This document shows positions 44,151 to 59,200 of a stretch of DNA of 64,000 bases, piece after piece. The notes below the pieces were generated by a model. It did not search any database. It was not told the DNA's origin and saw nothing but the letters and a program-made list of their open reading frames with translations. The translations under genes and the position numbers were made by a program. Every line of letters starts with the position of its first letter. The stretch's first letter is position 1. Source of the DNA: Eledone cirrhosa (lineage: Eukaryota); the NCBI GenBank assembly GCA_964016885.1, contig OZ024741.1:28396001-28460000 (forward strand), in the 5' to 3' direction.

Positions 44151-47100
44151 TATAGCTACATATAGATACTGTCAGTGGTACTACAGTGTAGGTTATTGGT
44201 ATATAACTGGTATATATAGGATTATAACTACATATAGATACTGACAGTGGTACTACAGTGTAGGTTATTGGTATATAACTGGTATATATAGGGATATAAC
44301 TACATACAGATACTGTCAGTGGTACTACAGTGTAGGTTATTGGTAGATAACTGGTATATATAGGGATATAACTACATATAGATACTGTCAGTGGTATTAC
44401 AGTGTAGCTTATTAGTATATAACTGGTATATATAGGGATATAACTACATACAGATACTGTCAGTGGTACTACAGTGTAGGTTATTGGTATATAACTGGTA
44501 TATATAGTGATATAACTACACATAGATACTGACAGTGGTACTACAGTGTAGGTTATTGGTAGATAACTGGTATATATAGGGATATAACTACATATAGATA
44601 CTGTCAGTGGTACAACAGTGTAGCTTATTGGTATATAACTGGTATATATAGGGATATAACTACATACAGATACTGTCAGTGGTACTACAGAGTAGGTTAT
44701 TAGTATATAACTGGTATATATAGGGATATAACTACACATAGATACTGACAGTGGTACTACAGTGTAGGTTATTGGTATATAACTGGTATATATAGGGATA
44801 TAACTACACATAGATACTGTCAGTGGTACTACAGTGTAGGTTATTGGTATATAACTGGTATATATAGGGATATAACTACATATAGATACTGTCAGAGGTA
44901 CTACAGTGTAGGCTATTGGTATATAACTGGTATATATAGGGATATAACTACATATAGATACTGTCAGTGGTACTAGAGTGTAGGTTATTGGTATATTACT
45001 GGTATATATAGGGATATACCTACATATACAGATACTGTCAGTCTTACTACAGTGCAGGTTATTGTATATAACTGGTATATATAGAGATATAACTACATAT
45101 ACAGATACTGTCAGTCTTACTACAGTGTAGGTTATTGGTAGATAACTGGTATATATAGGGATATAACTAGATATAGATACTGTCAGTGTTACTACAGTGT
45201 AGGTTATTGGTAGATAACTGGTATATATAGGGATATAACTACACATAGATACTGTCAGTCTTACTAGCCTGTAGGTTATTGGTATATCACTGGTATATAT
45301 AGGGATATAACTACACATAGATACTGTCAGTGGTACTACAGTGTAGGTTATTGGTAGATAACTGGTATATATAGGGATATAACTACACATAGATACTGAC
45401 AGTGGTACTACAGTGTAGGTTATTGGTATATAACTGGTATATATAGGGATATAACTACATATAGATACTGTCAGTGGTACTATAGTGTAGGTTAATGGTA
45501 TATAACTGGTATATATAGGGATATAACTACACATAGATACTGTCAGTGGTACTACAGTGTAGGTTATTGGTAGATAACTGGTATATATAGGGATATAACT
45601 ACATATAGATACTGTCAGTGGTACTACAGTGTAGGTTATTGGTATATAACTGGTATATATAGGGATATAACTATACATAGATACTGTCAGTGGTACTACA
45701 GTGTAGGTTATTGGTAGAGAACTGGTATATATAGGGATATAACTACATATAGATACTGACAGTGGTACTACAGTGTAGGTTATTGGTATATGACTGGTAT
45801 ATAGAGGGATATAACTACATATAGATACTGTCAGTGGAACTACAGTGTAGGGTATTGGTAGATAACTGGTATATATAGGGATATAACTACACATAGATAC
45901 TGTCAGTGTTACTACAGTGTAGGTTATTGGTATAGAACTGGTATATATAGGGATATAACTACATATACAGATACTGTCAGTCTTACTACAGTGTAGTTTA
46001 TTGGTATATAACTGGTATATATAGAGATATAACTACATATACAGATACTGTCAGTCTTACTACAGTGTAGGTTATTGGTAGATAAATGGTATATATAGGG
46101 ATATAACTACATATAGATACTGTCAGTCATACTACAGTGTAGGTTATTGGTTGATAGCTGGTATATATAGGGATATAACTACACATAGATACTCTCAGTG
46201 GTACTACAGTGTAGGTTATTGGTAGATAACTGGTATATATAGGGATATAACTACATATAGATACTGTCAGTGGTACTATAGTGTAGGTTATTGGTATATC
46301 AATGGTATATATAGGGATATAACTACACATAGATACTGTCAGTGGTACTACAGTGTAGGGTATTGGTATATAACTGGTATATATAGGGATATAACTACAT
46401 ATAGATACTGTCAGTGGTACTACAGTGTAGGTTATTGGTATATAACTGGTATATCTAGGGATATAACTACATACATATACTGTCAGTGGTACTACAGTGT
46501 AGGTTATTGGTAGGTAACTGGTATATATAGGAATATAACTACATATAGATACTGTCAGTGGTATTACAGTGTAGGTTATTGGTATATAACTGGTATATAT
46601 AGGGATATAACTACATATAGATACTGACACTGGTACTACAGTGTAGGTTATTGGTATATAACTGGTATATATAGGAATATAACTAAATATAGATACTGAC
46701 AGTGGTACTACAATGTAGGTTATTGGTAGATAACTGGCATATATAGGGATATAACTACATATAGATACTGTCGGGTGGTACTACAGTGTAGGTTATTGGT
46801 ATATAACTGGTATATATATGGATATAACTACACATAGATACTGTCAGTGGTACTACAGTGTAGGTTATTGGTATATAACTGGTATATATAGGGATATAAC
46901 TACATATAGATACTGTCAGTGGTACTACAGTGTAGGTTATTGGTAGATAACTGGTATATATAGTGATATAACTACATATAGATACTGTCAGTGGTACTAC
47001 AGTCTAGGTTATTGGTAGATAACTGGTATATATAGGGATATAACTACATAGAGATACTGTCAGTGGTACTACAGTGTAGGTTATTGGTATATAACTGGTA

Positions 47101-47663
47101 TATATAGAGATATAACTACATATACAGATACTGTCAGTCTTACTAGAGTGTAGGTTATTGTTAGATCACTGGTATATATAGGGATATAACTACACATAGA
47201 TACTGTCAGTGGTACTACAGTGTAGGTTATTGGTAGATAACTGGTATATATAGGGATATAACTATACATAGATACTGACAGTGGTACTACAGTGTAGGTT
47301 ATTGGTATATAACTGGTATATATAGGGATATAACTACATATAGATACTGTCAGTGGTACTAGAGTGTAGGTCATTGGTATATAACTGGTATATATAGGGA
47401 TATAACTATACATAGATACTGTCAGTCGTACTACAGTATAGGTTATTGGTAGATAACTGGTATATATAGGGATATAACTACATATAGATATTGTCAGTGG
47501 TACTACAGTGTAGGTTATTGGTAGATAACTGGTGTATATAGGGATATAACTTCATATATATACTGACAGTGGTACTACAGTGTAGGTTATTGGTAGATAA
47601 CTGGTATATATAGTGATATAACTACATATAGATACCGTCAGTGGTACTACAGTCTAGGTTATT

Positions 47664-50600
47664 GGTAGATAACTGGTATATATAGGGATATAACTACATA
47701 CAGATACTGTCAGTGGTACTACAGAGTAGGTTATTAGTATATAACCGGTATATATAGGGTTATATCTACATATAGATACTGTCAGTGGTACTACAGTGTA
47801 GGCTATTGGTATATAACTGGTATATATAGGGATATAACTACATATAGATACTGTCGGTGGTACTACAGTGTAGGTTATTGGTATATAACTGGTATATATA
47901 GGGATATAACTACATATACAGATACTGTCAGTCTTACTACAGTGTAGGTTATTGGTATATAACTGGTATATATAGAGATATAACTACATATACAGATACT
48001 GTCAGTCTTACTACAGTGAAGGTTATTGGTAGATAACTGGTATATATAGGGATATAACTACATATAGATATTGTCAGTGGTACTACAGTGTAGGTTATTG
48101 GTACATAACTGGTAAATATAGGGATATAACTACACATAGATACTGTCAGTGGTACTACAGTGTAAGTTACTGGTAGATAACTGGTATATATAGGGATATA
48201 ACTACACATAGATACTAACAGTGGTACTACAGTGTAGGTTATTGGTATATAACTGGTATATATAGGGATATAACTACATATAGATACTGTCAGTGGTACT
48301 ACAGTGTAGGTTATTGGTAGATAACTGGTATATATAGGGATATAACTACATATAGATACTGACAGTTGTACTACAGTGTATGTTATTGGTAGATAACTGG
48401 TATATATAGGGATATAACTAAATATAGATACTGACAGTGGTACTACAGTGTAGGTTATTGGTAGATAACTGGTATATATCTGGATATAACTACATATAGA
48501 TCTGTCAGTGGTACTACAGTGTAGGTTATTGGTAGATAACTGGTATATATAGGGATATAACTACATATAGATACTGTCAGTGTTACTACAGTGTAGGTTA
48601 TTGGTATATAACTGGTATATATAAGGATATAACTACATATACAGATAATGTCAGTCTTACTACAGTGTAGGTTATTGGTAGATAACTAGTATATATAGGG
48701 ATATAACTACACATTCGATACTGTCAGTGTTACTACAGTGTAACATATTGGTATAGAACTGGTATATATAGGGATATAACTACATATAGATACTGTCAGT
48801 GGTACTACAGTGTAGGTTATTGGTAGATAACTGGTATATATAGGGATATAACTACACATAGATACTGTCAGTGGTACTACAATGTAAGTTATTGGTAGAT
48901 AACTGGTATATATAGGGATATAACTACGTATAGATACTGTCAGTGGTACTACAGTATAGGTTATTGGTATATAACTGGTATATATAGAGATATAACTACA
49001 TATACAGATACTGCCAGTCTTACTACAGTGTAGGTTATTGGTAGATAACTGGTATATATAGGGATGTATCTACATATAGATACTGTCAGTGGTACTACCG
49101 TGTAGGTTATTGGTAGATAACTGGTATATATAGGGATATAACTACACATAGATATTGTCAGTCTTACTAGAGTGTAGGTTATTGTTAGATCACTGGTATA
49201 TATAGGGATATAACTACACATAGATACTGTCAGTGGTACTACAGTGTAGGTTATTGGTAGATAACTGGTTATATAGGGATATAACTATACATAGATACTG
49301 ACAGTGGTACTACAGTGTAGGTTATTGGTATATAACTGGTATATATAGGGATATAACTACATATAGATAGTGTCAGTGGTACTAGAGTGTAGGTTATTTG
49401 TATATAACTGGTATATATAGGGATATAACTATACATAGATACTGTCAGTGGTACTACAGTATAGGTTATTGGTAGATAACTGGTATATATAGGGATATAA
49501 CTACATATAGATACTGTCAGTGGTACTACAGTCTAGGTTATTGGTAGATAACTGGTATATATAGGGATATAACTACATACAGATACTGTCAGTGGTACTA
49601 CAGAGTAGGTTATTAGTATATAACTGGTATATATAGGGATATAACTACACATAGATACTGACAGTTGTACTACAGTGTATGTTATTGGTAGATAACTGGT
49701 ATATATAGGGATATAACTACATATAGATACTGTCAGTGGTACTACAGTCTAGGTTATTGGTAGATAACTGGTATATATATGGATATAACTACATATAGAT
49801 ACTGTCAGTGGTACTACCGTGTAGGTTATTGGTAGATAACTGGTATATATATGGATATAACTACATATAGATACTGTCAGTGGTACTACAGTCTAGGTTA
49901 TTGGTAGATAACTGGTATATATAGGGATATAACTACACATAGATACTGTCAGTTGTACTACAGTGTAGGTTATTGGTATATAACTGGAATATAAAGGGAT
50001 ATAACTACACATAGATACAGTCAGTGGTACTACAGTGTAGGTTATTGGTATATAACTGGTATATATAGGATTATAACTACATATAGATACTGTCAGTAGT
50101 ACTATAGTGTAGGTTATTGGTATATAACTGGTATATATAGGGATATAACTACATATAGATACTGACAGTGGTACTACAGTGTAGGTTATTGGTAGATAAC
50201 TGGTATATATCTGGATATAACTACATATAGATACTGTCAGTGGTACTACAGTGTAGGTTATTGGTAGATAACTGGTATATATAGGGATATAACTACATAT
50301 AGATACTGTCAGTGTTACTACAGTGTAGGTTATTGGTATATAACTGGTATATATAGGGATATAACTACATATACAGATAATGTCAGTCTTACTACAGTGT
50401 AGGTTATTGGTAGATAACTGGTATATATAGGGATATAACTACACATAGATAATGTCAGTGTTACTACAGTGTAACTTATTGGTATAGAACTGGTATATAT
50501 AGGGATATAACTACATATAGATACTGTCAGTGGTATTACAGTGTAGGTTATTGGCAGATAACTGGTATATATAGGGATATAACTACATATAGATACTGAC

Positions 50601-53600
50601 AGTGGTACTACAGTGTAGGTTATTGGTAGATAACTGGTATATATCTGGATATAACTACATATAGATACTGTCAGTGGTACTACAGTGTAGGTTATTGGTA
50701 GATAACTGGTATATATAGGGATATAACTACATATAGATACTGTCAGTGTTACTACAGTGTAGGTTATTGGTATATAACTGGTATATATAGGGATATAACT
50801 ACATATACAGATAATGTCAGTCTTACTACAGTGTAGGTTATTGGTAGATAACTGGTATATATAGGGATATAACTACACATAGATACTGTCAGTGTTACTA
50901 CAGTGTAACTTATTGGTATAGAACTGGTATATATAGGGATATAACTACATATAGATACTGTCAGTGGTATTACAGTGTAGGTTATTGGCAGATAACTGGT
51001 ATATATAGGGATATAACTACACATAGATACTGTCAGTGGTACTACAATGTAAGTTATTGGTAGATAACTGGTATATATAGGGATATAACTACATATAGAT
51101 ACTATCAGTGTTACTACAGTGTAGGTTATTGGTATATAACTGGTATATATAGGGATATAACTACGTACAGATACTGTCAGCGGTACTACAGTGTAGGTTA
51201 TTGGTATATAAATGGTATATATAGAGATATAACTACATATACAGATACTGCCAGTCTTACTACAGTGTAGGTTATTGGTAGATAACTGGTATATATAGGG
51301 ATATAAGTACATATAGATACTGTCAGTGGTACTACCGTGTAGGTTATTGGTAGATAACTGGTATATATAGGGATATAACTACACATAGATACCGTCAGTC
51401 TTACTAGAGTGTAGGTTATTGTTAGATCACTGGTATTTATAGGGATATAACTACACATAGATACTGTCAGTGTTACTACAGTGTAGGTTATTGGCAGATA
51501 ACTGGTATATATAGGGATATAACTATACATAGATACTGACAGTGGTACTACAGTGTAGGTTATTGGTATATAACTGGTATATATAGGGATATAACTACAT
51601 ATAGATACTGTCAGTGGTACTAGAGTGTAGGTTATTGGTATATAACTGGTATATATAGGGATATAACTATACATAGATACTGTCACTGGTACTACAGTGT
51701 AAGTTATTGGTAGATAACTGGTATATATAGGGATATAACTACACATAGATACTAACAGTGGTACTACAGCGTAGGCTATTGGTATATAACTGGTATATAT
51801 AGGGATATAACTACATATAGATACTGTCAGTGGTACTATAGTGTAGGTTATTGGTATATAACTGGTATATATAGGGATATAACTACACATAGATACTGTC
51901 AGTGGTACTACAGTGTAGGTTATTGGTAGATTACTGATATATATATATGGATATAACTACATATAGATACTGTCAGTGGTACTACAGTCTAGGTCATTGG
52001 TAGATAACTGGTATATATAGGGATATAACTACATACAGATACTGTCAGTGGTACTACAGAGTAGGTTATTAGTATATAACCGGTATATATAGGGTTATAT
52101 CTACATATAGATACTGTCAGTGGTACTAGAGTGTAGGCTATTGGTATATAACTGGTATATATAGGGATATAACTACATATAGATACTGTCGGTGGTACTA
52201 CAGTGTAGGTTATTGGTATATAACTGGTATATATAGGGATATAACTACATATACAGATACTGTCAGTCTTACTACAGTGTAGGTTATTGGTATATAACTG
52301 GTATATATAGAGATATAACTACATATACAGATACTGTCAGTCTTACTACAGTGAAGGTTATTGGTAGATAACTGGTATATATAGGGATATAACTACATAT
52401 AGATATTGTCAGTGGTACTACAGTGTAGGTTATTGGTACATAACTGGTAAATATAGGGATATAACTACACATAGATACTGTCAGTGGTACTACAGTGTAA
52501 GTTACTGGTAGATAACTGGTATATATAGGGATATAACTACACATAGATACTAACAGTGGTACTACAGTGTAGGTTATTGGTATATAACTGGTATATATAG
52601 GGATATAACTACATATAGATACTGTCAGTGGTACTACAGTGTAGGTTATTGGTAGATAACTGGTATATATAGGGATATAACTACATATAGATACTGACAG
52701 TTGTACTACAGTGTATGTTATTGGTAGATAACTGGTATATATAGGGATATAACTAAATATAGATACTGACAGTGGTACTACAGTGTAGGTTATTGGTAGA
52801 TAACTGGTATATATCTGGATATAACTACATATAGATCTGTCAGTGGTACTACAGTGTAGGTTATTGGTAGATAACTGGTATATATAGGGATATAACTACA
52901 TATAGATACTGTCAGTGTTACTACAGTGTAGGTTATTGGTATATAACTGGTATATATAGGGATATAACTACATATACAAATAATGTCAGTCTTACTACAG
53001 TGTAGGTTATTGGTAGATAACTAGTATATATAGGGATATAACTACACATTCGATACTGTCAGTGTTACTACAGTGTAACATATTGGTATAGAACTGGTAT
53101 ATATAGGGATATAACTACATATAGATACTGTCAGTGGTACTACAGTGTAGGTTATTGGTAGATAACTGGTATATATAGGGATATAACTACACATAGATAC
53201 TGTCAGTGGTACTACAATGTAAGTTATTGGTAGATAACTGGTATATATAGGGATATAACTACGTATAGATACTGTCAGTGGTACTACAGTATAGGTTATT
53301 GGTATATAACTGGTATATATAGAGATATAACTACATATACAGATACTGCCAGTCTTACTACAGTGTAGGTTATTGGTAGATAACTGGTATATATAGGGAT
53401 GTATCTACATATAGATACTGTCAGTGGTACTACCGTGTAGGTTATTGGTAGATAACTGGTATATATAGGGATATAACTACACATAGATATTGTCAGTCTT
53501 ACTAGAGTGTAGGTTATTGTTAGATCACTGGTATATATAGGGATATAACTACACATAGATACTGTCAGTGGTACTACAGTGTAGGTTATTGGTAGATAAC

Positions 53601-56298
53601 TGGTTATATAGGGATATAACTATACATAGATACTGACAGTGGTACTACAGTGTAGGTTATTGGTATATAACTGGTATATATAGGGATATAACTACATATA
53701 GATAGTGTCAGTGGTACTAGAGTGTAGGTTATTTGTATATAACTGGTATATATAGGGATATAACTATACATAGATACTGTCAGTGGTACTACAGTATAGG
53801 TTATTGGTAGATAACTGGTATATATAGGGATATAACTACATATAGATACTGTCAGTGGTACTACAGTCTAGGTTATTGGTAGATAACTGGTATATATAGG
53901 GATATAACTACATACAGATACTGTCAGTGGTACTACAGAGTAGGTTATTAGTATATAACTGGTATATATAGGGATATAACTACACATAGATACTGACAGT
54001 TGTACTACAGTGTATGTTATTGGTAGATAACTGGTATATATAGGGATATAACTACATATAGATACTGTCAGTGGTACTACAGTCTAGGTTATTGGTAGAT
54101 AACTGGTATATATATGGATATAACTACATATAGATACTGTCAGTGGTACTACCGTGTAGGTTATTGGTAGATAACTGGTATATATATGGATATAACTACA
54201 TATAGATACTGTCAGTGGTACTACAGTCTAGGTTATTGGTAGATAACTGGTATATAAAGGGATATAACTACACATAGATACAGTCAGTGGTACTACAGTG
54301 TAGGTTATTGGTATATAACTGGTATATATAGGATTATAACTACATATAGATACTGTCAGTAGTACTATAGTGTAGGTTATTGGTATATAACTGGTATATA
54401 TAGGGATATAACTACATATAGATACTGACAGTGGTACTACAGTGTAGGTTATTGGTAGATAACTGGTATATATCTGGATATAACTACATATAGATACTGT
54501 CAGTGGTACTACAGTGTAGGTTATTGGTAGATAACTGGTATATATAGGGATATAACTACATATAGATACTGTCAGTGTTACTACAGTGTAGGTTATTGGT
54601 ATATAACTGGTATATATAGGGATATAACTACATATACAGATAATGTCAGTCTTACTACAGTGTAGGTTATTGGTAGATAACTGGTATATATAGGGATATA
54701 ACTACACATAGATAATGTCAGTGTTACTACAGTGTAACTTATTGGTATAGAACTGGTATATATAGGGATATAACTACATATAGATACTGTCAGTGGTATT
54801 ACAGTGTAGGTTATTGGCAGATAACTGGTATATATAGGGATATAACTACATATAGATACTGACAGTGGTACTACAGTGTAGGTTATTGGTAGATAACTGG
54901 TATATATCTGGATATAACTACATATAGATACTGTCAGTGGTACTACAGTGTAGGTTATTGGTAGATAACTGGTATATATAGGGATATAACTACATATAGA
55001 TACTGTCAGTGTTACTACAGTGTAGGTTATTGGTATATAACTGGTATATATAGGGATATAACTACATATACAGATAATGTCAGTCTTACTACAGTGTAGG
55101 TTATTGGTAGATAACTGGTATATATAGGGATATAACTACACATAGATACTGTCAGTGTTACTACAGTGTAACTTATTGGTATAGAACTGGTATATATAGG
55201 GATATAACTACATATAGATACTGTCAGTGGTATTACAGTGTAGGTTATTGGCAGATAACTGGTATATATAGGGATATAACTACACATAGATACTGTCAGT
55301 GGTACTACAATGTAAGTTATTGGTAGATAACTGGTATATATAGGGATATAACTACATATAGATACTATCAGTGTTACTACAGTGTAGGTTATTGGTATAT
55401 AACTGGTATATATAGGGATATAACTACGTACAGATACTGTCAGCGGTACTACAGTGTAGGTTATTGGTATATAACTGGTATATATAGAGATATAACTACA
55501 TATACAGATACTGCCAGTCTTACTACAGTGTAGGTTATTGGTAGATAACTGGTATATATAGGGATATAAGTACATATAGATACTGTCAGTGGTACTACCG
55601 TGTAGGTTATTGGTAGATAACTGGTATATATAGGGATATAACTACACATAGATACCGTCAGTCTTACTAGAGTGTAGGTTATTGTTAGATCACTGGTATT
55701 TATAGGGATATAACTACACATAGATACTGTCAGTGTTACTACAGTGTAGGTTATTGGCAGATAACTGGTATATATAGGGATATAACTATACATAGATACT
55801 GACAGTGGTACTACAGTGTAGGTTATTGGTATATAACTGGTATATATAGGGATATAACTACATATAGATACTGTCAGTGGTACTAGAGTGTAGGTTATTG
55901 GTATATAACTGGTATATATAGGGATATAACTATACATAGATACTGTCAGTGGTACTACAGTGTAAGTTATTGGTAGATAACTGGTATATATAGGGATATA
56001 ACTACACATAGATACTAACAGTGGTACTACAGCGTAGGCTATTGGTATATAACTGGTATATATAGGGATATAACTACATATAGATACTGTCAGTGGTACT
56101 ATAGTGTAGGTTATTGGTATATAACTGGTATATATAGGGATATAACTACACATAGATACTGTCAGTGGTACTACAGTGTAGGTTATTGGTAGATTACTGA
56201 TATATATATATGGATATAACTACATATAGATACTGTCAGTGGTACTACAGTCTAGGTCATTGGTAGATAACTGGTATATATAGGGATATAACTACATA
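47664..56298. repeat. Tandem higher-order duplication, offset 4,335 bp falling to 4,263 bp after a one-monomer difference
   Basis: AGATCT at 48498/52833. ORF ends 47949/52284 and 48961/53296 give 4335. ORF ends 50764/55027 and 51198/55461 give 4263. Confidence 0.9.
50152..51019. repeat. Nested 434-bp (6-monomer) tandem duplication, also present at ~54.4-55.3 kb and ~60.8-61.6 kb
   Basis: ATATCTGG variant base at 50211/50645 and GGCAGATA at 50553/50987. Confidence 0.85.
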
Positions 56299-59200
56299 TA
56301 GATACTGTCAGTGGTACTACAGTGTAGGTTATTGGTAGATAACTGGTATATATAGGGATATAACTACATATAGATACTGACAGTTGTACTACAGTGTATG
56401 TTATTGGTAGATAACTGGTATATATAGGGATATAACTACATATAGATACTGTCAGTGGTACTACAGTCTAGGTTATTAGTAGATAACTGGTATATATAGG
56501 GATATAACTACATAGAGATACTGTCAGTGGTACTACAGTGTAGGTTATTGGTATATAACTGGAATATATAGGGATTTAACTACACATAGATACTGTCAGT
56601 GGTACTACAGTGTAGGATATTGGTATATAACTGGTATTTATAGGATTATAACTACATACAGATACTGTCAGTGGTACTATAGTGTAGGTTATTGGTATAT
56701 AACTGGTATATATAGGGATATAACTACACATAGATACTGTCAGTGGTACTACAGTGTAGGTTATTGGTAGATAACTGGTATATATAGGGATATAACTACA
56801 CATAGATACTGACAGTAGTACTACTGTGTAGGTTATTGGTAGATAACAGGTATATATCTGGATATAACTACATATAGATACTCTCAGTGGTACTACAGTG
56901 TAGGTTATTGGTAGATAACTGGTATATATAGGGATATAACTACATATAGATACTGTCAGTGGTACTACCGTGTAGGTTTTTGGTAGATAACTGGTATATA
57001 TAGGGATATAACTACACATAGATACCGTCAGTCTTACTAGAGTGTAGGTTATTGTTAGATCACTGGTATATATAGGGATATAACTACACATAGATACTGT
57101 CAGTGTTACTACAGTGTAGGTTATTGGTAGATAACTGGTATATATAGGGATATAACTATACATAGATACTGACAGTGGTACTACAGTGTAGGTTATTGGT
57201 ATATAACTGGTATATATAGGGATATAACTACATATAGATACTGTCAGTGGTACTAGAGTGTAGGTTATTGGTATATAACTGGTATATATAGGGATATAAC
57301 TATACATAGATACTGTCAGTGGTACTACAGTATAGGTTATTGTTAGATAACTGGTATATATAGGGATATAACTACATATAGATACTGTCAGTGGTACTAC
57401 AGTGTAGGTTATTGGTAGATAACTGGTATATATAGGGATATAACTACACGTAGATACTGTCAGTCTTACTAGAGTGTAGGTTATTGGTACATAACTAGTA
57501 TATATAGGGATATAACTACACATAGATACTGTCAGTGGTACTACAGTGTAAGTTATTGGTAGATAACTGGTATATATAGGGATATAACTACACATAGATA
57601 CTAACAGTGGTACTACAGTGTAGGCTATTGGTATATAACTGGTATATATAGGGATATAACTATATATAGATACTGTCAGTGGTACTACAGTGTAGGTTAT
57701 TGGTAGATAACTGGTATATATAGGGATATAACTACATATAGATACTGTCAGTGGTACTACAGTGTAGGTTATTGGTAGATAACTGGTATATATAGGGATA
57801 TAACTACATATAGATACTGTCAGTGTTACTACAGTGTAGGTTATTGGTATATAACTGGTATATATAGGGATATAAGTACATATAGATACTGTCAGTGGTA
57901 CTACCGTGTAGGTTATTGGTAGATAACTGGTATATATAGGGATATAACTACACATAGATACCGTCAGTCTTACTAGAGTGTAGGTTATTGGTATATAACT
58001 GGTATATATTGGGATATAACTATACATAGATACTGTCACTGGTACTACAGTGTAAGTTATTGGTAGATAACTGGTATATATAGGGATATAACTACACATA
58101 GATACTAACAGTGGTACTACAGCGTAGGCTATTGGTATATAACTGGTATATATAGGGATATAACTACATATAGATACTGTCAGTGGTACTATAGTGTAGG
58201 TTATTGGTATATAACTGGTATATATAGGGATATAACTACACATAGATACTGTCAGTGGTACTACAGTGTAGGTTATTGGTAGATTACTGATATATATATA
58301 TGGATATAACTACATATAGATACTGTCAGTGGTACTACAGTCTAGGTCATTGGTAGATAACTGGTATATATAGGGATATAACTACATACAGATACTGTCA
58401 GTGGTACTACAGAGTAGGTTATTAGTATATAACCGGTATATATAGGGTTATATCTACATATAGATACTGTCAGTGGTACTAGAGTGTAGGCTATTGGTAT
58501 ATAACTGGTATATATAGGGATATAACTACATATAGATACTGTCGGTGGTACTACAGTGTAGGTTATTGGTATATAACTGGTATATATAGGGATATAACTA
58601 CATATACAGATACTGTCAGTCTTACTACAGTGTAGGTTATTGGTATATAACTGGTATATATAGAGATATAACTACATATACAGATACTGTCAGTCTTACT
58701 ACAGTGAAGGTTATTGGTAGATAACTGGTATATATAGGGATATAACTACATATAGATATTGTCAGTGGTACTACAGTGTAGGTTATTGGTACATAACTGG
58801 TAAATATAGGGATATAACTACACATAGATACTGTCAGTGGTACTACAGTGTAAGTTACTGGTAGATAACTGGTATATATAGGGATATAACTACACATAGA
58901 TACTAACAGTGGTACTACAGTGTAGGTTATTGGTATATAACTGGTATATATATGGATATAACTACATATAGATACTGTCAGTGGTACTACAGTGTAGGTT
59001 ATTGGTAGATAACTGGTATATATAGGGATATAACTACATATAGATACTGACAGTTGTACTACAGTGTATGTTATTGGTAGATAACTGGTATATATAGGGA
59101 TATAACTAAATATAGATACTGACAGTGGTACTACAGTGTAGGTTATTGGTAGATAACTGGTATATATCTGGATATAACTACATATAGATCTGTCAGTGGT

